A DNA stretch of 64,000 nt. It comes from Chiloscyllium plagiosum. Lineage: Eukaryota. The notes beneath the pieces are model-generated. The model was not told where the DNA came from and did not search any database. It was given only the letters and a program-made list of their open reading frames with translations. This document shows, piece by piece, positions 34,801 through 46,184 of the stretch; position 1 is the stretch's first letter, and the number at the start of each line of letters is the position of its first letter. The DNA is taken from the NCBI RefSeq assembly GCF_004010195.1, contig NC_057746.1:27538374-27602373 (forward strand), in the 5' to 3' direction. Made by a program: the position numbers and the translations under genes.

Positions 34801-37800
34801 TTGCATTGCAAGAGTGACAGTCAGAGGGGTGATCAGCCATACAAAGAGACCAACGCTGTTTGGTTGCTTTCGTTAAGACAGAGACGGTTAGTTTGGAGAG
34901 AATTAGAAAGTGTACTCAAATCGTAAAAGGGCCTTCCCGTGAACCCCTGAATGAAAAACAAATAAAGAGAGAACTTTAATATTTGTAGAAGGTTTAATAA
35001 CCAGCTTACACAAGTTCTAATCCAATAACAAAAACACCTGAGGAAAGGAGAGATATTTGTTTTAAATCAATATATATTTCAGCGATGGAAACAGAGTCTA
35101 TGTTGTCTTTCAAAAACAAATTGTGTCAAACTTGAAGGGAAAACCCATGCATACTGACAAAGGCATCTTGAAATTGAGTTCATTAATCTTTCAGCAGTTC
35201 GACCCTGTTAAGATAGTCCGAATTTGCTGTGCCATTGCATTGGTCTGTTATGTTCCAATTTTTGCAAGAAATTGAAGCAGAGATATTTATTTTGCATCAA
35301 CTAGCTAGTTATTCCCCAAGTGAGGAAAAACTTGTAGATTGCATTCCATTGTGTTTTCTGTTTCCAAAAACCTTAAGGCTGTTATACTTTAATCTTGGAC
35401 TCTAGATCTCCATTTGTTTTCCCTTTGTGCTATGCTCTTCTACTTACTGTGTGTCTTTGCATGTCGGTCCTTTATATGCCTGTTTTAAGTTAAATATACA
35501 GGTTTCAAGAAGTCATGTTCAATTTCCATTGCCTCGTGTATTTGAATTTACTGCACTCACTGATCGTTTTATTTTTTTGGCAACAAAATGCCAGCTTACC
35601 GGGGTTAATAACGTCCATTATATCTTTCCACACTTTGTACTGGATAGGTCCTTTGAATGACCCCAGAGGAAGTTTGCCTTCTGTGACCGTATTCAGATAA
35701 CTCCCTTCGCTAATAATGTAAAAAGAAAAGGTTAGGTACTGAAAATATGAAGTAAAATTTGGAACTGTTGTTCATAAGTCCACGAATTGAATAGAATGCG
35801 ATGCATACCTCTTCCCTTTATCTGGATCCTCCTGAAAGTAAACAAACGACAGATGACAGTGATGAGCCATGCAAAACCTTACCTCTGCCTTTCATACTTA
35901 CAGTCCCAAATAGCTTTAAGGAATCACTTCTCCACATTTGAAATAAATTTTGCAAATGTCTAAGCAGCTAGACTGAGAGTAGGCTTGATGCATGTACTCG
36001 AATTAACGAGGGAGCTGGGCCGTAGAGCACGTGGTGTAAGTGAAATTGTCAATAACTCACCAGCCCAGTTAATAAACTCCCAAGGGATAGAAACGTGTTC
36101 ATGAAAACAAAATGTTAAGGACAAATATTCCAATTCGAACGCTCTAGAATAGTTGCTTTTGTTATTCATGGACAAGCGGGTATTGGATTCTTCAGTTTCT
36201 TAATTTAACAGATGCCAGAATTTCAGCTTTATTGGAGTGACAAAGATAAACCCAACATCGATGAGTTAATCGGCCATCCCCTCGGACAAACAGTCGTGAC
36301 TTCAATGCTATGGCCAGAAATCTCCTCTGACCCACATGTCTTACACAGATAGAGTTCGTTGATTTCCTTGTAAATTTGCTTTAAAAATTTTCAAAGACTG
36401 ACAAGGGGGAGCAAATATAGTCACTAAGTCGCACAACTGAATCTGGGGTGGAGAGGAGCCCGGGCGGGATGTGGGGGAGAGGGGGCGCGGAGTTGGGGAG
36501 GAGCGGAAACAGAGCTAGAATGTGAGAATAGAGCAATGGAGTTGTTTCTACATTCCTCCATCTGTATTCAAGCTCAGAATCGGATGGATTCCCTCTTCTT
36601 TTGTGGCAAACTATTGTTATTCTAAAACCCGCTATTCAGCTGAGCGGCGAAAATTAAGAGCCACACATCGAGAATATCATACTTGAGTTATTGTTTTCGA
36701 TCTGATATCTTAAATTCAATGGCAGCAATGGAGAAATGCAGTGACCGGAGCAAAGGGATATTTCTGGGTCTTTTCAAGCTCTCTGTTGACTTTAAACCTG
36801 AGTTATTCTTTAAGTCAGAGAACGCCCTGGGGAAAGATACCACAACGTCATGAAAGCTATGATAGATCTTCAAAGACTGCGTTTGAGGGTTGAGTGAATT
36901 TGAATTATATTGATCTTACCACTGGGAGTATTTTCAAAGGTGGAGAAAGGACCTCTTAAAGCAATTTGGGACTCTAAGTGTGAAAGGCATAGATAAGGAT
37001 TTTAAACGAACAGAATTGAACTGAGAGATGCAGCCAGAATTATAGTATGTCAGGAGAAAGCCATTCTCGAACATTCCGGCTAGAATTCAGTGTGAACATC
37101 GGAGAAATTGCCCAAATGGCTAAGCAGCTAGACGGGGAGTCGGTTTGACGCATGTACTCAAATTCACTAGGGAGCGGAGCAGAGCAGATTGAGCGACATT
37201 GTCTCCATTCATGCAAGGATGGAAAATGTGACGGAACAGATTTAAAGGAATTGGTAAAAAAAAGTAAAAGCGACATGTGGGGAAAAAAAAACTTTGCAGA
37301 CAGGGAGTGATACGATTTGGAATTCACCACCTGAGACGATGGTGGAGGCAGCTTCAATAGAGGCATGGTAAAATAGTTGTCTCACAAGGAAAGGAATTGG
37401 ACAACATCACTAACTGAAAGGCAAACGCCAAAAGCCGGTGCAGCAGCGATGAGCCGAATTGTCTCTTACGCTGGAACAATTCCGTGATTCTGTGACATAT
37501 CTCCCAAGCCCCCATTTCAACTTCCGCCAATTTCTTTTAGCATATAATTTCCAATAGACCTGAACTGGAACTACTGTATTCTGTTCCATAGTTGCAAACA
37601 TTGAGCACTCTTAACGAGTCAGAAAAATCCCGTGAAAGGAATTAAAGAAATAATAATCTCAAATATTGAAAGCCTTTACATGTTGTTCGTTAACAACGTC
37701 ACCCTGACTTCCACCAGAGTTCCCCTTAACCATCTGGGACACCCTGACAATTCACATTGACTTGGCTAGCACCCGTAAGGATTCTTACCTTGAGCAAGGA

Positions 37801-38739
37801 AAAGGCATCTTGTTGATTTAATTGTGACTGGACACTCGATAGCTTCTCATCTGTTTCATTCAGATGCTCCTGAATGTCCCGAAGATTGGACTCCATTTTC
37901 TTTAAGATGTCCTCTTCTTGGTCCCCCAGCTCTTTGGCAAGAGCCCGCTCTTTTTCTTCCAAGACCGTGCGCAGTTTGGTAAATTCTGACGAGATGTGCT
38001 TCTGCAGAATGTTGGACTGTTCCTGCGTCAAACAAAGAAGAGGCAACCATGCCCTGTGATTCTGGAGTGAACACAACAGAACCCCACCCGAGCAATTCCA
38101 CAGGGTAACAATGTTACCTGGATTTCCGAGATACTTTGCTGCTGCTTCAGTAAGACATTTTGGATGGAAGTTTTCTTCTGGTTCAGCGCCTGGAGGTTCG
38201 CTCTCATTTTCTCCTGCAGCAGAAAGACGGGGAGGAAGGGACTCGTGAAATTGCACATAATGAACAAATCATCGAATTTAGAACTAAACCATCAACCTTT
38301 CCTCCCTTACCTTGTAAATCTCGACCGCCTCATTTATCAGCATAAAGTTGTGTGATTTATGGCTCCGTCCATCTCTCCTGTCCAGACACATCACACAGAT
38401 CAATTTCTTGTCAGTTTCACAAAACAGCTTCAGTTCTTCCTGATGCTCGTCACAGAAGGGGTTGAAAACTTTGCTGGTCTCCACTGTCTGCTTAATGTTC
38501 AGGCTCCGAATTTTGTTGGACAGGACTCCCAAAGCTCGGTTGGCTTTCAGGTTTTTTTCACGGAACACCTCCCCGCACTCTGGACAGAAGGCTTTTTTCT
38601 CTTTCTCCCAACACTGTAAGATACACTGACGGCAGAAATCGTGGCCGCATTCCAGCATCACTGGATCGACAAAGATATCGAGGCAAATGGGGCAATTCAG
38701 TTCATCTCCTAAGCTTAGACTTGATGATCCGGAAGCCAT
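31272..38739 (-). CDS. TRIM-B: RING-B-box2-coiled coil-PRY/SPRY E3 ligase (paralog of TRIM-A), 6 coding exons, 478 aa
   Basis: Minus-strand exons 38739-38311, 38213-38118, 38022-37789, 35831-35809, 35709-35600 and 31816-31272 have GT-AG introns and join in frame (1437 nt). Start codon in GCCATGG context. Confidence 0.92.
32090..32590 (+). mobile_element. Decayed, nested tRNA-derived SINE(s)
   Basis: Two B-box-like heads (GGGTTGAAATCC, GGGTTCAAAATCC) and a LINE-like 3' tail. Confidence 0.5.
34520..35250 (+). mobile_element. Old CR1 fragment in TRIM-B intron 5
   Basis: LVWPQLVFYVQFW..DAKALEG motif (a degenerate LVRPQLEYCVQFW). Confidence 0.65.
35600..35709 (-). CDS. TRIM-B exon 5 (GPIQYKVWK)
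   Basis: TATTAG|CGAA...CCCG|GTAAGC; homologous to TRIM-A exon 5. Confidence 0.87.
35809..35831 (-). CDS. TRIM-B exon 4 (23 nt)
   Basis: TTTCAG|GAG...GAG|GTATGC. Confidence 0.85.
36720..37495 (+). mobile_element. Old CR1 fragment in TRIM-B intron 3
   Basis: Degenerate ORF2 C-terminus and a GAGCCGAATTGTCTC 3' motif. Confidence 0.5.
37789..38022 (-). CDS. TRIM-B exon 3 (234 nt)
   Basis: ACGCAG|GAA...AAG|GTAAGA; encodes HISSEFTKLRTVLEEKE. Confidence 0.9.
38118..38213 (-). CDS. TRIM-B exon 2 (96 nt)
   Basis: CTGCAG|GAG...CAG|GTAACA; encodes EKMRANLQALNQKK. Confidence 0.88.
38311..38739 (-). CDS. TRIM-B exon 1 (RING + B-box2)
   Basis: MASGSSSLSLGDELNCPIC..CGHDFCRQC..CPEC..; donor AAG|GTAAGG. 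Confidence 0.92.
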
Positions 38740-41700
38740 GGCCGGCTCCACTGCTTCCTGCCTCCAATTGCATTCACCGTCGCTGTTGCTGCGCAATGAT
38801 GGCCGCCCCGCCGCTCTCCGCTCTGGTATCAGAGATAATAGTTGCTTGGCCGAAGAGCTTACAGCTTTCAGCAAGAATTGCCAGGGAAGAACTGGCGCTT
38901 ATCTCGCGACTTCTCCAGCGCGTTTGTGAGGGGGTGGGGTTGGAGCGATGGTGAAGGGAAGGACATGGCTCCTGGTCTTGACTCAAGCGAATTGCGCATT
39001 TTTTTTCATTCAAGGCAAGGGGTGTGGTTGGATTAACGGCGCTCAGACCGAGTTGGTTCGGAAACAGGATTAATCCAAGTTAAAAAAAAATCCAGATCAT
39101 TGATTGACCTTCCCCAAGCTAGTAATGTTTGAAGAAATAAAATTTCAAATTGCCTCGTTCATGTTATACAGGTATAACTATACTGTGTGAACTTCGTTGG
39201 TTTTCCTTTATATTTTAGATATTCTCAAATCACCCAATTCATGATGTTATGATACATCACTTGAACAGGTCGGACATGAACCCACGACGCGGGGTCAGAG
39301 GTAGGGACACTACCACTAGCTCGTGTTTACATCATTCCTGCATTTATTGGAAATGCCAACAGTGGTGTTAAGTTTAACTTTGACGTTACTCAACAGATCG
39401 CAATTTCGGGGAAATAAGCTCGTTCATCGGATTTCCTGGTTGACCTTTGAAGGACTTAATTTTACTGAGAGAGTTTGTAATGTCCCATTACTTTAGCTTG
39501 TTTTGTTTTGAAAAAACACAATAGCCATCTAATTTCTGCAATGGCTCATATTTTGCTGACTGTGGTAGTGAATTTCAGCCTTGCGCTCGCCAATACTTAC
39601 GATTTTCAGGAGCCGTTACTCCTAAAGCATGTGTACAATCGGGAAGCTCCCCTGTCGAAAGGATGCTGGGGCGGTCGGTTTTGATTTATTTTGCCCCTCC
39701 TTATTGCCCTAGAGCTCATGGAGCTTGTTGAGCCGGGTTTTGAGATAATTACGTTGCTACGAGCATGATTTCAGATGCAGGCCAGGCCAAGTAGTTTGCT
39801 CCCATCCCGAAAGTTCATCAGAGAACCAGATACGTTGTCCAGATGTGTTGGCTTCACTACAATCCATGGTATTTATCACTGAGATCAGCTTTCAATCCCT
39901 TGCATTTTGTTATTAATATGAATATAAATCCAGTTGAAGTGATCGGAATTGAGTCCGTGTCCCTAGACGATTGCAGGCAGAGTCTGTGCAGCACTAGTCA
40001 AGTAATGTTGCCAACACATCACCATCAATTTTTACCCTGACAATTTGGCACAAATGCTAAGGAATTTATCAGCTCCTTACTTGCCGTCCATGCTGGGAAA
40101 ATCTGGCTCAGCTCATAGCCTATTTCGTGAGGCTGCCACTCCAGATTGTCTTCATATAGCGCATACAACCAACAGCCTGCTTGCAAGAACAAGGAGAAAG
40201 ATCAGTTCACTCCAATTTCTCCAGTTTTCCTCTCTAAGATACACACATCTGTGCAACTGTGATCAATGTTTTCTCTTGTCTGCAAGTCCCTGAGGGATTT
40301 ACAGAAAGGAAGTCTTGGAAATATTTCCTCTCATTGACCCTTCATATACAAGCTTACTTCGTTTAATTTGTTTCTCCTAGGGGATTTTTGTTTGGCTTGG
40401 AAGTTTGGAGGAAAAGTGTAAAATGTGTTGTTACATTTATTCCTGTTATTCTGGTCATCTTGTCTGAGGCTGCACTCATTGGCCGGCTGTTCTATCACTA
40501 CCTGCTAATTTCAGATAGTCCAATGTCGATGAACAGGGGCAGGAAACGGGGCAAGGTTCTTTTTCTTCCCACTTGGTTCGCCTGTCAAATTGACCATTGA
40601 CCACCAGTTCGGCACCACGCCATCCGTTGATCGCAACGGAACTGAATATCGACGGGACGATTAACGGGCCTTCATTGCCGGACAATCCTTTTGCATTCCT
40701 TGACAAGAAAAAAAGCCAAGACCTGGATTCTGCCATATTTTCTAAAACGGAGAACCAAAACCACTGGGTTAACCATGCACCATAACGTTGGGCGATTACA
40801 TCTGTCGTTTATTCACAAAATCGTAAGACTGGCGAGAATTGTGGTGGAATGCTCTGGGCTTGGTCTCTGAGCTATCCTACTGCTCAATCTGCGATAAGCC
40901 AAGTGTCTAAAGTTGCAATGGCCTATAACGTCTTACGAATATTTAAAGCATATTGCAGAAGCAATGGACAAATTCAATTACTTTCTTAGCAGTCTACAAT
41001 TTTTGCTTGATCTGGAACTGAATTCACCAATGATTGCTATAGATGGAATATAGTTTACAAAAGAAGATTGCTGCTGTGCCAGTATATGCCACACGATTAG
41101 CATGACTTTTCAAAAATATCTTTCAAGTTTCCGGTTCTAGCTGGGACATTGGATTTGGAGAAGTTTAAGTAAACATTTAACAGACATACTCACAATAATG
41201 AAGGATTCTCATGGAGTAACTCGGAAGACCCAACAATTTTAAAATTCATCCATGGGACTGGGCATCGCTGGCCATGCCAGTATTTATTGGCCCTGCCTAA
41301 CTGCCAAGAGAGCAGCCATAATGCTGTTTGTCTGGATCAGATGTAGGCCAAACCCTGATCCCGGGGGCATTACCTGTATTTCTAGATCAACAGTCTAGCG
41401 ATAACACCAATAGGCCACCGGCTGCCCCAACAAAAGCAATTAGCAAAAGACCATTGACATGTGCGGGGCATAGATTTTACATGGTGTTAATATGATTTAC
41501 AAATTGCTGCCAGAACTGACGGCGGAGGCCAATTCAGTAGTAACCTTCTGAAGCTTTTGCACAAAATACTTGGAGAGGAAGTGCTAACTTATGGTGAACG
41601 CGAATTATAAAGGGCGGAATGGCTGGGCGTGTTGGTATTTTGTCTTGCTTTCGCAAACAACGGTGACGATCTGGATGGGTTGAATAGACTTCTTCCATGA

Positions 41701-42480
41701 TATTTAGATCTCGAGTGTTGGATAAGATTACGTGCTTCATTGTTGCTTCAAACAAATGACTCCTGACCCTGCTGATGCAGATAACTTGCTCAGCAAGGTC
41801 AGCACAGTCTCAAAGTAACTGAGTGTTGTTACAAAATGCCTGTTTAGAATTGCAACATTGCATAGCGATGGTTACTTCAAAATCGCAAGGACGTTTAGAG
41901 CCAAGCTCTGGTCGATTACCAGCGCTTATGGCCATTCTTTGCACTAAATTAATAAACCTACTTGGAACGTAGAAGTAGATTATTTTGCTGAATTCAGTAC
42001 TCAACGAAAATGCTCCTCCCACTGAAATTCCGATAAGGTACAAAAAAAAAATGCCTTGACGTATTTACAAAGGACATTTCTGTAATTAAATTGCACATTG
42101 AATTAAAATTACAAATAACATACATCTTTCTATTCAAATTTCAAAGTAAATATTCTTCCAAAAAAACTCCTTAAATTTTGCTTCGAAATCTCTTTTTTAT
42201 TATTATTACTTCTAGAAACAAGTGAACTCAGGACAGAGCTTTAGATTCCTGAGTCCAACACCATTGAGGCTGCTCCTGAATATGTCTGTTTGACGGACAG
42301 CTCTGAGTCGCACCAATGATTCATCTACTAAAGTACCACTGGTAACTCAATTTTCCAGATTATCTGCGAAATTATTCTGATTCGAACCCTGCCCCCCAGG
42401 TTGTGCTTCCGCACAGCGTGGGGCAAAGTGTACGATGAGAGAGAGAGGGGGAAAAAATAATTAATTTCCTTACTGAAGCT

Positions 42481-42605
42481 TACAGGGATAGGGGCTAAGT
42501 GCTGGCAAATAGGACTAGATTACTTTGGGATATCTCGTCGGCAAGGACGAGTTGGACGGAAGGGTCTGTTTCCGTGCTGTACATCTCTGTGACTTTCTGA
42601 CTCTA
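42481..42605 (+). mobile_element. CR1 3' UTR fragment
   Basis: GGACGAGTTGGACGGAAGGGTCTGTTTCCGTGCTGTACATCTCT. Confidence 0.8.
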
Positions 42606-43270
42606 CTAACTCGTCAAATATACTCTGCTATTTCATTGGATGCTGGCGAGTGTTGAGCGTCAACTGCATGCGCTCATGAGAAATTGTCCGATCTAGGTCT
42701 CACCATCCAATTCCCGAGCTATCCTCACAAATTGGACTAGATTTTCCAGATTAACTAACATCTAGGGACATTGATCCGAAATTTCTGCAAAAGGGAGGAT
42801 CATGCACTCTTGGGTTAACAGGGTGGGGTAGCAGTAGAAATCTCGGCAGTGAAATGGTTAGTGTGAAAGTGAATCTGTAAGCAATTTGTCGAGGAGTTTT
42901 TCCCGGGTCCAGAGCGGAAGCGGATGGATAAACCAGAGGAACACTGGCGGTACTTGAGGGCACTCGGCATGTTGCTGGTATCCACCTTGCTAACAGGTGA
43001 TGTTTATCCCGGGAATTCTATCTCCCCCATCCCTTGTCCTGTCTGCGCAAAGACCTTCAGAAGTCGGGAAAAAGCAGCTTTCCCCCATATTCCCTCTGAT
43101 GCTTCCCTATTTTCCAGCATCTCTGCATCGCCGATATCGAGGAAATTTCAAACATTTCCCGTCCCTCTGTGTGTTTCCAATTCAATTCATTTCCTCTGGG
43201 AGTGTAGAATTCGCTTCATATTGAGCACAGGTGCTGATAATCTCTTTTGCCTATTCTCACGTGGGCGATA

Positions 43271-43460
43271 GGGCGGGGTGTGAAGGGACATTACAGAAGC
43301 ATTTTCACCAGAGTTCTACCGCGGATTCAATCTATGTGCGTTAAACCCATTGGATCAGGCATTTGACAGTGATTCCAATCAGCGCATTGCTCCTCCCCTC
43401 AGATGCGCCAGGGGTAGCTTATTGGCATTTCCAATATGGAAAGTTGCCAGTTTTATAAAG
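43271..43460 (+). promoter_or_regulatory. Candidate TRIM-C core promoter (GC box, CCAAT boxes, TATA)
   Basis: GGGCGGGG at 43271; CCAAT/ATTGG at 43349, 43375, 43421 and 43431; TATAAAG at 43454-43460, about 140 nt upstream of the ATG. Confidence 0.55.
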
Positions 43461-43599
43461 ACAGCCAACGATCTAAATCACTCATGCGCAGAAGAGCAAA
43501 AACAAAATCACCACACTGGTAGCAAATCTACGCTCACTTCGTCCGCAGTGCATAAGTTTGATAGACCAGCGGCCACCAAAGGTGAAGACAGTTTGAACG

Positions 43600-44022
43600 A
43601 TGACCTCTAAGTACCCCAGGAAGAGCTTGACAGTTGACCGGGACTGCCCTGTTTGCAATAAAATGGTTACGGATGGGGTGGTCCTGGAGTGCGGACATAC
43701 CGCCTGCGTCGACTGCTTTGCGTCCAACAGTCAAAGGGAAGGGCGTATTTTCTGCTCGAAATGCTGGACGACTGTTGAGCAAAGAAAGCCGCAGTCCAGC
43801 CACCCACTGGAAGATCTGGTTGTGAGAGGCGTGGATCCGAAAGAAGAGAAGAAAGGAAAAAAGGGACAGCACCCGTTTTGCCAGGAGCATCAGGAAGAGG
43901 TGAAGTTGTTCTGTGAAACGGAACGGAAACTAATCTGCGTGAACTGTCTCGATAGGAGGGATGAAAATAGCCATACGTCCCATAATTTCATGCTGGTGAA
44001 CGAAGCTATTGACATGTACAAG
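43600..44022 (+). CDS. TRIM-C exon 1 (divergent RING + B-box2)
   Basis: CPVC..CGHTACVDC..CSKC; CQEH..CETE..CVNC..HTSH; donor AAG|GTAAGC. Confidence 0.88.
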
Positions 44023-46021
44023 GTAAGCACTTTGAGTCGCATTACTAACAGAAATTTCCCCTGTCTTTCCTCCTTTAACTATGTCTTCATGTCGATTTCA
44101 TTTCCTCAGGAAAAAATCAACACAATTATATTTTCTCTGAAGCAGAAGAAAACCTCTTTTCAAGATTTTGAACTTAAGCAACAGGAAACCATTTCTGAAA
44201 TTAAGGTAAAAGTTAAACTGTAATACCTGTACCGGTGGTGTATTGGACACTCCATGTGTCCACACCTGAACTCCTCCTACGCGCTATGTGGCCATCAATG
44301 TCCTGGTGACCTCGGATAGTTTCTGCTCGTCCCTTAACAAATCAGTCTTCTCTTTACAGGAGCAGTCGAACAAGTTGCAGGCCCTCATCTTCACTGAATT
44401 TTCCAAATTGCGGAGCCTGCTGGACGAGAAAGAGCGCATCTTGGTCAAAGAATTAAACGAGGAAAAGGACGACATTTTAGGCAGAATGGAGACAAACCTA
44501 AGAGAGATCCAAGGCAACTCGCAGGACACTCAGCAAAAGGTGTCAGACATCGAGATGCAATTGAATACGGATGACGGAATTACTTTACTCATGGTAAGAT
44601 CGCTAATTGGGTCAAATGTGCTCTCACTGAATACACGCAGTTGTCTAAAAGTAGGTTCCCTTGTTGCTGGTCTTCACTATGTTTTCAGTCCCAGTGCATG
44701 CACTGTTCATGCTATGGTTCCTGCTCCAAACCTTCTGCTACCTTCATTACTGGCTTCAGAACTCACTACCATCAGGGCAAGGTGTGCGTTGTTTTCCCTC
44801 TTTTACTAAGAAAATGGGCAATGAGGCAAACTTGGAATACATAAAGCAAATTCAGCACTGCTTTGGAATCAATTTGATTGGTGGAAAGAGGCACTGACAT
44901 CAGAGTAATTCAAAGGCAATATAATGTAAATGGTGGAACTTTGGAAAAGAAAAACAAACTGCTGGAAATGCTCAGCAGATCTGGTAGCATGCTTGCAGCA
45001 AGAGAGCGAGACAGACAGATAGAAGAAAATAGAATTTAAGTTTCCAAATGCAACAGTAATTCTGCAACTGATACACGAAGATGGGACAAGGAAAGTAATA
45101 TATGGTATGTGATATGGCGGATGGCGGGTGGTGGGAATAAGAGAGAAAGGTTTGTGGTGCAAGAGTGGTGATGACAGCAGTGAAGATGCCAAAGATCTGT
45201 CTCGTGGGCAGTATACCTGCCAGCCCAATGCAACTTAAGGGTAATAAAAGAGAAATGAGAAAAAAAGCAAACACAAAACCAGAGGCAAACATGGGGGCAG
45301 AGGTACGATCTAAACTTGATGAACTTATCATTGTGTTACAGCCTATTTTCCCATTCCTCTTTCATTTCTTCATTGAGTAAAATCCAAGCCAATTTAGTCT
45401 GGCCTCACAATGTGCAGTTAATCTTACAGTTGAACATTATATCACCCTAAAGATGCACATAATACGAACTGTATTAAGAGATTAATTGGTCTATTCCTGA
45501 TTTATGTTCTTATGTTTACATTTTGATGTGGTACTTTCAACGTCTTTACTATTCTTCTTTTTGCTTGTACACTTTTCTATTATTTTACAGTTTGATTACT
45601 TCCTAAACACATTCCTGTTTCTTGCTGACCCTATTCTTGCTTGCACAAATTTCTGTCGCAGACATCCATTGACACATCTGTGATAACAATTGCCATCTTA
45701 CCACCAACTTGTGTCTTGTTTATTCTGCTTGTGCATTGCCATCGGGCTGTTGTGTGCTAACATTTCTGTTTTTGTCTGTTTCAGGAGAATATGTCCGTGG
45801 ACCAGAGGTATGACATGACCTCACCCCTTCCCCAAAATAACATTATGATTTTGCATGTTGAAATGTTTGTTTTATATTAGAATGTTAAATATTTTGCATT
45901 CCTAGTAATAATGAAGAAGACTACCAGCCAAAAATAACAGAAGGCAGTCTGACGTTGGGAGCATTTAAAGGACCGACCCAATATCGAGTGTGGAAACAAG
46001 TAATAGACATGCTTAACCCCG
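43600..46021 (+). CDS. TRIM-C: RING-B-box2-coiled coil TRIM paralog, exons 1-5; terminal PRY-SPRY exon not found in window
   Basis: Exons 43600-44022, 44110-44205, 44360-44593, 45785-45807 and 45906-46021 have GT-AG introns and join in frame with no stops. No SPRY-like ORF in 46022-64000. Confidence 0.88.
44110..44205 (+). CDS. TRIM-C exon 2 (96 nt)
   Basis: CCTCAG|GAA...AAG|GTAAAA. Confidence 0.86.
44360..44593 (+). CDS. TRIM-C exon 3 (234 nt)
   Basis: TTACAG|GAG...ATG|GTAAGA; encodes EFSKLRSLLDEKE..METNLREIQ. Confidence 0.88.
45785..45807 (+). CDS. TRIM-C exon 4 (23 nt)
   Basis: TTTCAG|GAG...GAG|GTATGA. Confidence 0.83.
45906..46021 (+). CDS. TRIM-C exon 5 (GPTQYRVWK)
   Basis: TCCTAG|TAAT...CCCG|GTATGG; homologous to exon 5 of both paralogs. 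Confidence 0.86.
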
Positions 46022-46064
46022 GTATGGAGGTTATATGTTCTATGTCTTAGCTTTCAATATCCTC

Positions 46065-46070
46065 AATAAA
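46065..46070 (+). promoter_or_regulatory. Candidate intronic polyadenylation signal of TRIM-C
   Basis: AATAAA begins 15 nt after the in-frame TAG (46048-46050) reached by reading through the exon-5 donor. Confidence 0.35.
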
Positions 46071-46184
46071 TATGTATATGCTCAGAAAACCAGGTCGGAG
46101 GATAAAAATTTAAATATTATTCAGAACCACATTAAAGAAGAGTAGCATGTATTTGGTGAAACTCATTGTTTGTAACACAACCGG

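Noticed and set aside
36445-36505. G-rich potential quadruplex tracts (also 15481-15512 and 53129-53153)
   Set aside because: Common low-complexity sequence with no evidence of function.
38740-38874. 45-aa N-terminal extension of the TRIM-B ORF in the ORF track
   Set aside because: It begins at a non-ATG codon; the ATG at 38739 has a strong Kozak context and aligns with the TRIM-A start (MASG).
42924-43271. ORF containing CPVCAKTF, resembling a C2H2 zinc finger
   Set aside because: His spacing is wrong and there is no second His; it lies in the TRIM-C promoter region with no splice support.
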